Source of the DNA: Somniosus microcephalus
Taxonomy: Eukaryota
NCBI GenBank assembly: GCA_052327205.1
Contig: CM126228.1
Location: 22,692,001 to 22,756,000, forward strand
Reading direction: 5' to 3'
DNA: 64,000 bases
Both the position numbers and the translations under genes were made by a program. This document shows, in pieces, positions 24,111-36,433 of the stretch. The notes below the pieces were generated by a model. That model did not search any database, was not told the origin of the DNA, and saw nothing but the letters and a program-made list of their open reading frames with translations. Every line of letters starts with the position of its first letter. Position 1 is the stretch's first letter.

Positions 24111-25155
24111 GAGCCCACTACATCACTACTGTCAGGAGGTCTGCAGACAATTCCCACCAGAGACTTGCATCCTTTACTGCTCTTTAGTTCTACCCACTGT
24201 TTCGGCTGCTTGTTCACCCTTACTGAAGTCCTTTCTTTCCACTGCTGTAATTGTGCCTTTTATAAATATGGCTACTCCTCATTTCCCAATTTCCCTGTCT
24301 TTTCTCAAGGAGAAATAGCCTAGAATATTTCGCTCAAAATCATGCACAAATTGTAGCCAGGTCTCTAATGGCTACTATATACCTTTTAAACTGAATTTGT
24401 ACTTCTAACTCATTTGTTTTATTTCTTATAATACGTGCATTCATGTACGGAACTCTTATTTGGGTAACTCCCCACCCTGCCCATATGCCCTGAAAATCTA
24501 TTTTTCACTTTTTGACCTATCACATTTTTGGTTGCTGATGCTCTGTACATTGCTATACAGGCAATTTAATGTGTCTTTAGTTTTCATCACTTCTACATTT
24601 TTAACAGGTATTTTATTACTTCCTATACATTTTCTGCTCCTGGAGTATTTATTTTACTTTTCTCTCTTTTTGTACTTTGGCCTTTGCTCTTATCACCTCT
24701 TTTTCTTATTGGTTAGGTTGCCTCTCTGCAACCAGCCATAGAAAAGTCTTTTGAAAGAAATTGCGGTCATTCAGCCTCTAATTTTCACTCACTCTACCTC
24801 CCTCGGCCTTAAATAAATCTAATCATGCTGCTGACTGAATGCATGTGTATAACTAAGACATATCATGAGGATGTATGTCACAAAGCAGTCTATTTATTTT
24901 AATGTTTACAATCTCTATATTATTTAGAACACTGTATACTGGTGTTACTGATGATAGCTTAGCTGTGGAAAATTTGTCTCTCAAATTTCATTAACAATCT
25001 GTACAAAAGCTGACTGAAGTGCATTGTTATATAACACAGAAGTTGAACTAGACACTAGTTAGCTAACGGTAACCTTACTGCAATTAAATGCCAGATATTA
25101 AAGAAATGCCTTTGTAGAAAATAGTCCACAGTACATTCAAAATTTATTAACATAC

Positions 25156-25244
25156 CAATTAAATTCACTCGTCCAGGAGCTCGTGCATAAAATGCAGGTG
25201 GCACACCATATTTAGATATAAATGCATCTTTTAGCTTCATAAAC
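25156..25244 (-). CDS. GALK2: GALK2 coding exon 2 (89 bp)
   Basis: cttcag|G TTT ATG...ATT G|gtatg. Translates RFMKLKDAFISKYGVPPAFYARAPGRVNLIG, with the APGRVNLIG galactokinase motif. Confidence 0.97.
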
Positions 25245-25794
25245 CTGAAGAAACAAAACCAAATGCCAAAGTGTAAATGATTCTTGCAATACAAAACAGA
25301 CAGTAAATCACCCACCTGAATTTTAAGAGGATTCTATTAGTCCTCAAACTTTTATATATATATATACTATATAATGTATCTCAATACCAAATGATGAGCA
25401 CATAATGAAAAACAAAATCACAGTAAATAGATGGTATAGAACACAAAGCTTGTAATCAAAGGAATGCTCCACTTGAACTAATTCTTGGTTACCGCTCCTC
25501 CATTTTGTAAACTTATACCCGTGAAGCACCTTGTAACGTTTTTCTATGTTAAAAGTCGCTGCAGTTACTTTGGTTGCTGCTGCTGTTGCAAAGCATTTGC
25601 TAGAACAGCTGGACGGGGTAGCTGCGAGTTTTGTTGCATCTCTCCAGGAAGATGAATACATCTAAATTGTTGCAAGCATCCTTGAAACAACAAACTTTTA
25701 CATTGTTGTGCTGGGGCTGTGAAAATCAGATTAAAATGCCAATGGTAATTTCTAACTCAAGTAGAAACCCTATTTAATTGTGGCAAGTGGTAAG

Positions 25795-26060
25795 ATTTAT
25801 AATAAATCCAAAAAGGAATTCAGGAGAAACTTATTTACTCAGAAAGTGGTAGGAATGTGGAACTTGCTACCACATGGAGTAGTTGAGGCGAATTGCATAG
25901 GTGCATTTAAGGGGAAGCTAGATAAGCACATGAGGGAGAAAGGAATAGAAGGATATACAGATAGGGTTAGATGAAGAGGGGTGGGAGGAGGTTCATGTGG
26001 AGCATCAACACCAACATAGACCAGTTGGGCTGAATAGCCTGTTTCTCTGCTGTAAACACT
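25795..26060 (+). mobile_element. CR1 LINE 3' end
   Basis: RRNLFTQKVVGMWNLLP...FKGKLDKHM, followed by a CR1 3' UTR-like tail. Confidence 0.8.
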
Positions 26061-26062
26061 AT

Positions 26063-26895
26063 GGGGTCGATTTTCAGTGTGCCGTGGAGTCGGGATTGGA
26101 GGCGTGCAGGGGGTTAAATTCCCGAATTCGGGGGTCCCGACACCATCCCGCCCAAAACCCGCCTCCATGTAAGTTTCAAAGGAGGCGGGTACCCGCCCCG
26201 CACTGGGACCCGCCGACCCGAGGCGGGAAGGGATTAGTGCCAATTAACTGCCTGTTAACAGGTAGTTAACAGGCAGTTTTTAGCCTAATCCCTATTTTGA
26301 AGGTTGTCGTGTGGGATTCCCGACGGCTCCAAACCACGCCAAGATAGAGTCGTCGGGCCGTCGGGTTGAGGGACTTGGAGGGGTTGAGATGTCAGTGTTC
26401 AGGTGAGTGATGGGTGCATGAGTGCAAAGGTAAGTGTGTTTGGTGTGTCTAAAGTGTGTAAAGAAGTTTAAATTACCTGTACTTACCTTTACAGCCTTCC
26501 TTCCTCTAGGTTTCGGGAGTCCATCATTCAGCCGGCACAGAAAGCAGAATGGCTGTGATCTGTCAAAAGTGACAGCCTGCAGCTTTCAGTGCCGGTGAGA
26601 TTTCTAACTTAGTCTGCGTAGAAGGACTCATGTTAGAAATAAGACTGTCAGTGTTTGACAGCTTCAAACAGCTGTGAAACAATGATATTTCATCTGTCAA
26701 CACGTCTTGACAGATGAAATTTCAGTCTGTGACGTCACTTGTTGCCGGGTGGCCCTTAATTGGCCACTGGGCGGACTCAACAAGGTCAATCAAGTTAAAA
26801 TCGCGTGGATTGGCCGCATCTCAATGGAGGCGGGACTACAACCCCGAAAGTTGTAGTCTCGCCTCCTTCCCGGCTTCTGAATGAAAATCCAGCCC
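26063..26895. mobile_element. PIF/Harbinger-like MITE (GC-rich)
   Basis: GGGGTCGATTTTCA...TGAAAATCCAGCCC imperfect TIRs. Confidence 0.7.
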
Positions 26896-27302
26896 TCTAT
26901 GTAGATTTACATATTTCCTGTTGTAAGACACAAAGTCAAATTGCTGTAAATAAGCAGATCCTGAGGCCAGAGGTTAATTGCTGGGATGTTTGGCAGCTTC
27001 TTTTAATTCTCAAAAGAAACCAGCAGTAAATTACTAGCTTTCTCTCTTTTTAGACTTTTTCCTTTAAATAAAGGAAAATAAATAAACGTGTGACACTTCA
27101 AATGCAACACACACATCTCAAAACCTTTATACGAGCAGACCTTGTGACATTGCTGTTGCAAGGGGTTGCAGGACATGGGAGGTGTGAACACTGCCACTGA
27201 AAGGATTTGAAAGGAAGTTTGAGCGAGATATGCTTAAAAGGCAATGAGGTGTTTCTGATTAGTTCCTGGAGAATAAACCTTGCCCATTGCAGGTAAATAA
27301 AT

Positions 27303-28041
27303 GGGCTGACATTTGCAATCGGAGGCTTCCCGCGGACGGACGCCTCCGATCTACAAAATTTCTACGAAAGTACCTGGTAGCCCGGGAAGAATGGTGGCTT
27401 GCACTCCTGGGCCTCTCCGGGTCCGCGCGGGCAGAGCCCCACATGTCCCAGGGGCGCCGGCGGTTCGTAGGCGCTCCTGGGAGCATATGGGCCGGCCCAA
27501 CCAATAAAAGAAGAGAATCCCCATTCATACTTTTGACAGGTCCGTATGTACAAAACTCTCAAAAGTATGAATGGGGATCACTTAAAAAATACACCAACAC
27601 ATTTTTTGTTAATTACATATTTAAAATGAATTAAAATGCCATTTAATTAAATATTTTAAATAAAAATGTAATTTTTTGAATTTTTTTTAATGTTTTTACG
27701 GGGCTAAAAATAAACTTCCCTTTTTGAAGAGTATTTTAATTTATAAATGAGTTATCAAATTTCATTTTTCTATTTTTTTAAACTCTTAAGCTGGTAAAAG
27801 CAGGCCTTACGTCAGCTTTTACCAGGCGTAAGAATTTGACAGGCATTCAGCAGGCGGAAGTTGTGCAAAAATGGCAACTCTCCACCCACAGAGGCCCTTT
27901 TCTTGGGCATACAGATGATCTGTCAAGAGAATTCTTGACAGATCGCAAGTGCTGGGTTTCAGCGCTTCGCATGCCTGAAACCGGCACTCACGCGGCTCCT
28001 ACAAGTGCGTACGCACCCGTAGGTGTTGCAAAATCTGGCCC
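27303..28041. mobile_element. PIF/Harbinger-like MITE, family A
   Basis: GGGCTGACATTTGCAA...TTGCAAAATCTGGCCC. Colinear with the 8180 copy. Confidence 0.85.
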
Positions 28042-28733
28042 ATGTTCTCCTCACGTGTTCTAGTTGCATATGGCACAGAGCGAGCAGGTCCTTAACCAGG
28101 ATATCAAACAGCAGAATCTTACCTCTGTTCAAGATGCAAATGTTTATAGTGAAGTCCAAGAAATATATTTTTTTAAACTAACTTCTTCTTTACGAAATAT
28201 CTCTGCAACAATACTTAATGCCATCTGCTTAACTAAACATGTTTTAAGTTCAGGACTTTTAACAGATGCTCATCCAAACTTGAATAATGGTACCGTTCTT
28301 CCCGTAGTTAGCACATCTTATATTAATTATTTTACTGCTGGTTGCATTTAAGTTCTCTATCAGAGGCATATGATCTCTGTGCAAAGGCAAATAAATTGTG
28401 ATATGGGACAGCAAGCAAAGAAATTAGTTTCCAATTCATAATCCTTTAAATTTACCTTAAATAGGTTTTGACTGTATAAAAAAAATCTAAGCCCAATAAA
28501 ACTAAAAAAAGTTTTGAAATGCTTTTTTATAAAAAAAAACCTTGACCAGGTTTGATATTACCATAGCTGTTGTGCTTTTGTTAATAGCTACACTTCCACG
28601 TTTTACAGTATATTCTTCCAATTTCTTATTGGCCTCCTTACACCATGAAACACCTACAGATGAGATCCTGGGCAAAGGGCTTGCTTCTACAACTGTGCCA
28701 ATACTACTCTGAAACCAGCCATTAGAGGTGTAA

Positions 28734-29213
28734 GATAGCAAAATACTGCAGATGCTAGAAATCCAAAATAACAACAGAAAATGCTGGAAAAACTCAGCAG
28801 GTCAGGCAACATCCATGGAAAGAAATTTGAGTTGACGTTTCGGGTCGAAACCCTTTTTCAAAACTGGAAAGAAAAGAAAATAGATCGAAGGCAGGGCTGC
28901 GATCAAACAAAAGAAGTAAAAGAGACAATAAAAGGTATTCGAAACCAGACGAGATGGTAATAGGCCAGAGGAGACAAAAGTCAGCTGAGATTAGGTGTGA
29001 AGTGTACTGGCAGGTAAGATACAGCTGCCAGGTGGGAGAGAGAAACAAAAGGAAAGGGGGGGGGAAGGAAGACCCAAAACAAAGGGGTGGAAAAAATTAT
29101 AAGTAAAAAAGTAATAGGGGCCGAGGTTATGATCTGAAATTGTTGAACTCGATATTGAGTCCGGAAGGCTGCAAAGTGCCTAATCGGAAGATGAGGTGCT
29201 GTTCCTTGCTTTT
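28734..29213 (-). mobile_element. Penelope-like retroelement 3' fragment with GIY-YIG endonuclease C-terminus
   Basis: 29207-29127 (-) encodes KEQHLIFRLGTLQPSGLNIEFNNFRS*. 14-bp TSD CATTAGA(G/A)GTGTAA at 28720-28733 and 29214-29227. Degenerate hammerhead core at ~28828-28865. Confidence 0.85.
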
Positions 29214-29594
29214 CATTAGAAGTGTAAACCTGGCCTAGGAATGATTCTCCAGACTTTTTCTCACTGTGGGGAAAAACATATGTTCAGTGCCATCCAAACA
29301 ATGGCACAGCTAAGATAAGGCACAGTGTGTGTGGCATTGCAAGTGTGAATCCACATTCCACCCCTGGTGAGGTACATTGGTGCTCCATTACACTACATTA
29401 TTATACTGCTGATCTTCAGTGAGTTCCACTGTATCAGCAAATTGGAACCATTTGAAACCAACTGGGGAGGGGCAGACATATGGTTTTGCGTAAGTATGTA
29501 TCCAACGCTCTAATTTATCACCACTGTTAGCATTAATGATTTCAAAGTGAAGTATTGTATGGGTTAGGGCTGCAGTTAGCTGAAGGCAGTCTTG

Positions 29595-29982
29595 ACCCAG
29601 TGGTAGCAATCTCACCTGAGTCAGAAGATTGTGGATTCAAGCTCGACTCCAGAGACTGGAGCACAGTACTGAGTACTGCACTGTTGAAGGTACCATTTTT
29701 CAGATGCGATATTACATTGAGATCCCAGCTGCCTCCTGAACGTGGAGACAAAGATCCAATGGCACTATAAGTGGTGGGGGTGTCCCAGCCAACATTTATT
29801 CCTCAACAAACACCACTAAAATAGTTTATCTGGTCATTTATTTGATTGCTGTTTGTGGGACTTTGCTGTGCACAAATTAGCTGCTGCTTTGCCCATATTA
29901 CAACAGTTACTGCACTTCAAAAGTAATGCATTAGGATCTTCTGAGGACGTGAAAGACACTATATAAATACAAGTTCTTTCTT
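29595..29982 (+). mobile_element. DeuSINE (SacSINE1-like)
   Basis: tRNA head, Deu domain and ctatataaatacaagttctttc tail. Confidence 0.85.
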
Positions 29983-30884
29983 TATACTGTCCCTTTATCA
30001 TTGATGCAGCTGTCCCTAGACATAAACGTAGCAGCATTTGACACTGTGTCGAGTATAACATTAGATGATAGGAAGCCAGGTTTAGTGGTCAAGTGGTCCA
30101 TTGTAGCTTCTTGCCACTTTTTAAACTTGCTGCCTGTGGAGTCATTTCATATTGCCAGAAAGCAGACATTCCTACCTGCTTTCCCTTAAAATTAAAAAAA
30201 GTGCCACAGGAGCAAGCTTTGTACATGCATGTAATAAGCACTTACATGTTGTCAGTTCTGCAGGTTCTCCTCTCAGTGCAGTATAATTGCAGCTTTAGAT
30301 GTACAATAACATTCTAATTGCTGGCCAACAATATGCCCTTACACTAAGCTCAAGAGGTTCACCATCCATACCAGTGTAATAATCTGATGGCCTCAGTCAC
30401 TTCCAGTTATGGGCCAATTTGTGCTATAAACTAGGACCAATTAGGAACTGGATTAAGACCACTCTCCCCAGATAACTACATTTCTGGGGCCAGTGCCAAA
30501 GTACAATATTTCTTACGCCAGCTGTACAAGAACAATATGTTGGTTTTCCTTAGATTGTAGGGAAATAGTTTCCCGTTGTACTGGCTACCGGCACTTGCTG
30601 CTTTGTACTTTGTTAACTAGGCACTCCTCGCTCACACCAGTGCACATAACCAGAGCATTAGGAACCTTACAGCCATCGGAGAAGATACTCTAATAATTTA
30701 ACCCAAAAGTAGAAAATGTTGCAAACACTCAGCAGGTCAGGCAGCATCCGTGGAAAGAACAGATGAATTAATGGTCTGGAATTCGCTGCAATGAGGATAT
30801 TGGTGACGAGCATCGCAAGTTAGACTGTTGTGTTCCCCGATCCTCCAGTGGCGAATTCATGTCACAATTTGCTGGAAAAATAAT

Positions 30885-31775
30885 GGCCCGGAATTTGCGG
30901 TCGGAGGCATACCACCGGAGTACTCCTGCAACCAGATAAAAAAATCCGCACCTACCTTCAGGCCTCAGAGACTTTGGGTCCTGGGCCTGCAGGCGTATGC
31001 CTGCATATAGGCCCATGGATCCCAGGGGTATAGGCCCATGGTTCGGAAGCGGCCCTGGGATCACGTGGGCCAGCTCCTCCAATCAGAAAGGAGGATTCCT
31101 AATATGTTTATGGGGATTCCATTTACGAACTGAATCCCCAACTGAATAAGCATATGAGGAATCCCCAAATAATTAAATAATTTATACAACTGGAATAAAA
31201 AATGTTCCCATTTTCAAATTTAATTAAAAGTCCCTTCAATAAAGCCCCTCCAAGTCACACACCAGCCTGACCTGGAAATATATCGCTGATCCTTCATCAT
31301 CGCTGGGTCAAAATCCTAGAACTCCCTCCCTAACAGCACTGTGGGAGCACCTTCACCACACGGACTGCAGCGGTTCAAGAAGTCAGCTCACCACCACCTT
31401 CTCAAGGGCAACTAGGGATGGGCAATAAATGCTGGCCTTGCCAACGACGCCCAGATCCCATGAACGAATAGAAAAAAGCATATGCAATAAAAAAATTATA
31501 CATTTTAATCCAGGCCAGAATTTACATATCCTAATTTTAAATGTTTGTGCATGATTTTTTATTTTATAAGGGTTTCGTGGGCATTTGCTTAACAGCAGTT
31601 GGGCAAATAGCCCAACTCTGCGACAGCGAAAGTGATTTTTGGGTCGGTGCGGTAGATCTGTCAAGGCAAACCTTGACCGATCGCAAGTTCCGGGTTTTCC
31701 CGCATGCGGAAACCCGGAACATGCGGGGCTTTTCTGATGGCATATGATGCACATCAGCAACGCAAAATCTGGCCC
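30885..31775. mobile_element. PIF/Harbinger-like MITE, family A, with nested CR1 3' fragment (31246-31474)
   Basis: MITE sequence is interrupted after AAAGC (31241-31245) and resumes at AAAGC (31475-31479), by comparison with the intact 10012 copy. Confidence 0.85.
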
Positions 31776-32194
31776 ATTTAGAATACGCCATAGCGAACAT
31801 AGCAGCGGATCAGAAGTGGTGTGGCCAATGTCTGATACACATCCAAGGTCCGGCAAAAAACGGAACAACAGGCTATTTAACAGGGACACGTTTAGGAGTA
31901 ATGGCTCTGATCTGAGTATGTGGGGATCTATGGACAGAATGTCCAGGTCGGATTTAATTTTAATATTAAAACATCAGTCAGGGGAGAAAGAGAACATGTC
32001 TGGCTGTCAAAATACTTATTTTATTACTTAATTGAGGTTTAAGATTTCAATGAAGTTCTTAGAACAAGTCAGTAAAAATGTTACCCTCAGGCAACCTGCT
32101 GAGCGATTGACTAGTTTACTGATTCCGAGCCCCCCAGTACCATTCTGCAGTGGTCTAAGTGGCTGTGGCAATCACAGTGCTGTTAATTCAGCCA

Positions 32195-32850
32195 CCGCTT
32201 GGGCTGATAAATAGCAAGTAACATTCGCTCTACACAAGTGCCAGGCAATGACCATCTCCCCTTGACATTCAGCATCATGACCATCCCCGAATCCCCAACC
32301 ATTAACATCCTGGGGGTCGCCATTGACCAGCAAATCAACTGGACCAGCCACATAAATGCCGTGGCTATAAGAGCAGGTCAGAGGCTGGGTATTCGGCGGT
32401 GAGTGGTTAACCTCCTGACTCTACAAAGCATAAATCAGGGGCGTGATAGAATACCCTCATTTGCCTGGATGGACGTAGCTGCAACACTCAAGAAGCTTGA
32501 CAACATCTAGTCCAGGGCAGTCCACTTGATCGCCCAGCCCATCCACTATCTTAAACATGTGTGTGCTATCTACAGGATGCACTGCGGCAACTCGCCAAGA
32601 CTTCTTCGAAAGCACCTCCAACACCCAAAAGAACAAAGGCAGAAGGTCCATCACCTCCAAGTGACCCTACAAGTCTATACACCATCCCGACTTGGACATA
32701 TATTGCTGCTCCTTCATCGTCACTGGGTCAAAATCCTGGAACTCCCTACCGAAGAGCACCATATGGACCGTAGTGGTTCAAGAAGGCAACTCAACACCAC
32801 CTTCTCGAGGGCAATAAATACTGGGCTTGCCAGCAACGTCCATGCCTGAG
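32195..32850 (+). mobile_element. Degenerate CR1-clade LINE 3' fragment
   Basis: Colinear with the reverse complement of 20095-21024, with deletions. Confidence 0.85.
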
Positions 32851-34394
32851 ATTTTTTTTTAAATCGCTATCTCACCATTGATTTTAATGGGGGACAGAGC
32901 CATGATAATTAACTGTTCAACTTTTTTGCCCAGGGTCACCATGGAGCAGCACAAAAGTCCCGGCAAGTTATGGTGTGGCATACGTAATGGCATGATGTCA
33001 TCATTTCCTGGAAATTCTGCACCATGATAATGGTATAGCCATAGATGCGTTTCAGCAAGTTCAGGTCCAAACATCTCAGGCGTGGGCCCTTCCTTAAGAA
33101 CACATTTAATCTGGGCTGAATTCAAGCCTTGGTCCTAGAGGTGAAAGGATAATCGACTATCCAACTCCCCGTGTGTCTTAAATGATTTAGTAGTGAAAAC
33201 GTAGTTTCTGCTATTGTAAAGATTTTTTTCTCCCAAATTGGCCATTGGGTCTTTATCTGGTTTTTCGCCTCTCCCGGGAGATCACATGGGTTCGGGGGGA
33301 TGCAGAGTGATAGAAGATTTGAGGTTAGGATCAGATCAGCCATGATCTTATTGAATGGTGGAGCAGGCTCGAGGGGCCGATTGGCCTACTCCTGCTCCTA
33401 TTTCTTATGTTCTTATGTACTCTGTTGGTTTTTGTACCAAATATTTATATTTTTCTTATAGTTATTTAAGCTCGCCCACTTAATTTTGAACTTGAAGTAT
33501 TGTCATCCATGTCACTGTCAAAATTCTTCTTTAAAGTTTGACGTATCAAGCACTCCTACGGTTGAGCTCAGTTCATTTTCCCCTCCACGTTATAGGGATT
33601 AACGCATTAAAACAAATGTAACACAAAAGAGGCGAATGGAGTATTATTTATCGAGTGCATCCTTCCCTTTTTCGCACCTATAATAACTAAGCGCATTGAA
33701 TAGCCACGAGAAGCGGGAGTTCTGAAGAATATCCATTTTCAACAGGACATTTTGAATTAAGCCTGACCATCACTTCAAGTCCAAGGTCGTGCTTTACGAT
33801 CAAGCGGAAACCCCTGTACATTTACGGATGCGCCTCTACCGGCCAGCGTGAAGACTTGCGCTGGCTACTCTGCTTGACTCTTGTGCCCATTCGCCCTGAA
33901 AACATGTTGACTGTGTGCAAGAGGAAGGATCATGACGAAACTGTAAACAGTGTAAATGGGTTAGGCTTGTCCCGTGACAGCTCATGCGCATTCCCGTGAC
34001 AGATATCCAATTTTCGTATTAGAAATCCTGATTAACAGTTGAAAACTATGATGCATTTAAGTGGCTGGTTAAGATTAGTTTATGTCCAACAACGAAACGT
34101 ATGCGGTCCATCAAATAAACCCCACCTGGTATGCTTCATGTAAAATAAACTGATCAAAGGGACTGAATTAACCCGATTACCGTGACCGCCTGAAATATTT
34201 TTTGTCTAACTTTAAAAACTTGTTACTGTCGATTTAAAAGCGGCAACTGATCACGTCCTGTAAAGCCTCAGATTGTTGACAGCCTCCTGTGAAAGACAAG
34301 AATAAGCTCAATGCAGAGGGACAGTTTGACATTTACTGGGGGCTCCAGTTTTAGATTAAGGAAAGAATGAAATTGAAGTGACCTCCACTGCGTG

Positions 34395-34890
34395 AAAGAA
34401 AAAAAAAGATTTGCATTTATAGAGCACTTTCACAACCACCGGAGGTCCCAAAAGAGCTTTATAGCCAATGAAGTACTTTTGAAGTGTAGTCACTGTTGTA
34501 ATGTAGGAAACGCAGCAGCCAATTTGCGCACAAAAAGCAATGTGATATTGACCAGATAATCTGGTTTTTTTCTTATATTGGCCAGGACATCGGGAATAAC
34601 TCCCCTGCTCTTCTTCCATATAGTGCCATGGGATCTTTTACATCTACCCGAGAGAGCAGACAAGACCTCGGTTTAATGTCTCATCTGAAAGACGGCACCT
34701 CCGACAGTGCAGCACTCCCTCAGCACTGCACTGGAGCGTCAGCCCAGATTTGTGTGCTCAAGTCTCTGGAGCAGGACTTGAACCCACAACCTTCAGACTC
34801 AAGAGGTTAGGAACATGAGCAGGCCATTCAGCCCCTCGAGCCTGTTCCACCATTCAATGAGATCATGGCTGTGTGCTACCCACTGAGCTA
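34395..34890 (-). mobile_element. DeuSINE with a small CR1-tail insertion (~34806-34870) in its tRNA head
   Basis: Well-preserved Deu domain. Head motif cagactcaagagg...gtgctacccactgagc is split by a 65-bp insert. Confidence 0.85.
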
Positions 34891-34993
34891 AGTTTGATTT
34901 TTTTTTAAAGCTGAAATGATCAGTCCACCCCGGAAGCTCTGGATCTATTACTAAACACCGAGCATCGGTAAAACTACGGCAAGGGCCTGCTAC

Positions 34994-35049
34994 CTTCCAC
35001 TCTCTGACACCTGTACCGGCTCCTGCGGCGGGGTTGCACCATCCGCCAT
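34994..35049 (-). CDS. GALK2: GALK2 coding exon 1 (56 bp CDS)
   Basis: agaATGG start. MADGATPPQEPVQVSESG-R ends in AG|gtagca, phase 2, in frame with exon 2. Similar in length and 'VQV' to the human N-terminus MATESPATRRVQVAEHPR (from memory). Lies in the CpG-rich region. Confidence 0.8.
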
Positions 35050-35563
35050 TCTTCCTCAAGCGTAGATTTCAATAGGGAAAAAAATCCTTTTCACGGGCTG
35101 CCTCTTTCGGCTGGGAATAACCAGACCACCGAGCATTAGTTCCGCCCATCACGGATATCCTGCTAACCAGTTGCCGGCAGTCCCTGAATAACCGCGCGCC
35201 CATTCACCGAGGGGGAAACCTGGCTCGTTAACTCTCAACAGGACAAGTTGGGAAGGGGGAGGAATAATTTGAAACAAACGCGTCCATTGCAATAAAGTGA
35301 TATAAAGTTCAAGGGGCGAATGATGTCTTATTCGCAGCTTTTTCTTTCCCTCCAGCGCCTTCGCAACCAGAAATGCCGCACGTGATCTCGCCCCTTCCGC
35401 TCGGTTGCTAGGGCGTGTGTCACAGCCAATAACCTCCCCCGTCCGCTCGGTTGCTAGGGCGTATGTCACAGCCAATAGCTTCCCCCGTCCGCGCAAGGGT
35501 CCAAATTGGAAACCGTGCGGCATTGTGGGAAACGTACACACACAAAAAAAAACTACTTCCAAG
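35050..35563. promoter_or_regulatory. Bidirectional CpG-rich promoter and 5' UTRs shared by GALK2 and COPS2
   Basis: 514 bp between divergent ATGs, locally high CpG/GC. E-box CACGTG at 35379-35384, two GTTGCTAGGG (RFX-like) sites and two CCAAT boxes. The head-to-head COPS2/GALK2 arrangement is also known in human. Confidence 0.85.
35396..35492 (+). repeat. 46-bp tandem duplication in the promoter (2.1 copies)
   Basis: 35396-35441 vs 35442-35487 differ at 3 of 46 positions. Confidence 0.95.
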
Positions 35564-35617
35564 ATGTCTGACATGGAGGATGACTTTATGTGCGATGATG
35601 AGGAAGACTATGACTTG
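35564..35617 (+). CDS. COPS2: COPS2 exon 1
   Basis: ATG...TTG|gtatgg. MSDMEDDFMCDDEEDYDL is the CSN2 N-terminus. Confidence 0.97.
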
Positions 35618-36304
35618 GTATGGGCTCTAACTTTGCGATTTTTCAGATGGAATCGGCCTTTTTTTTTTTAATTGCGTTTCTTCGCTAGCTGCTGCCTATC
35701 GTTGTTAGTGGGATTTAGGTGTGGTTTAGGCCGGCGTCTCTCTCCTGGAGCAGGGGCATTGACTGCTGTGTGTGACCGATCTGTCGCTCCCCAGCCTCAG
35801 TTCTCAGAAGCGGGATTTCCGTACGGACTGAAACCCCACTCGTTTTATAAGGATTATTATTTATTTTTTTTAAACCATTACATTCCGGGTTGTATTTTAG
35901 ATGATAAATCCAGGATATCTGGTAACCTAGCGAGGCGGGCCTAGTCTACTTGGTCAGGCCGAAACAGATTGGGCCTGTTCTCACTCCAGAGACCTAACAC
36001 TTACAAATCATCCTGCTGTGTCTATTATCCAAGTCCTATTAAAGATTGACCAAAAGTAATATTTTTCCAATTATGTAGTCCCTAGTACGAACATTGAGGT
36101 TCTCTAAACGTGAGATGGTTTAGGGATTCATAGTGTGCCTTAATATAGTTTGTTAACACAGTGCAATAATCTCTGAACCCTGATACGTGAATTGTGACCT
36201 TAATCAAGTGAATAATTGTATTACTATTGATAATATTGGAATGAAACTAGTTATCTGCGCTGTATATAGTGTTAAGTGTTTGGTTGTATTTGATATTTTT
36301 GTTC

Positions 36305-36433
36305 GTGTGTGTGTGTGTGTGTGTATATATTATATATGTATGTGCACGTGTGTGTGTATATATGAGCATTCTTTTGAAAGTAAAATTAAGTACAGTTAGA
36401 GCATTCTTTTGAAAGTAAAATTAAGCACAGTTA
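36305..36433 (+). repeat. (GT)n/(AT)n microsatellite followed by a 35-bp tandem duplication (36364-36398, 36399-36433)
   Basis: GAGCATTCTTTTGAAAGTAAAATTAAG(T/C)ACAGTTA twice. Confidence 0.9.

Noticed and set aside
28123-28203. Exon-like segment on the - strand (ttgcag|...GAG|gtaaga)
   Set aside because: All three frames contain stops and there is no usable ATG. At most a non-coding or cryptic exon, unsupported without RNA data.
34126-34139. Mini first-exon candidate MKHT-R (AG|gtgggg) for GALK2
   Set aside because: Only 14 nt with a weak donor. The exon at 34994-35049 fits homology and promoter position much better.
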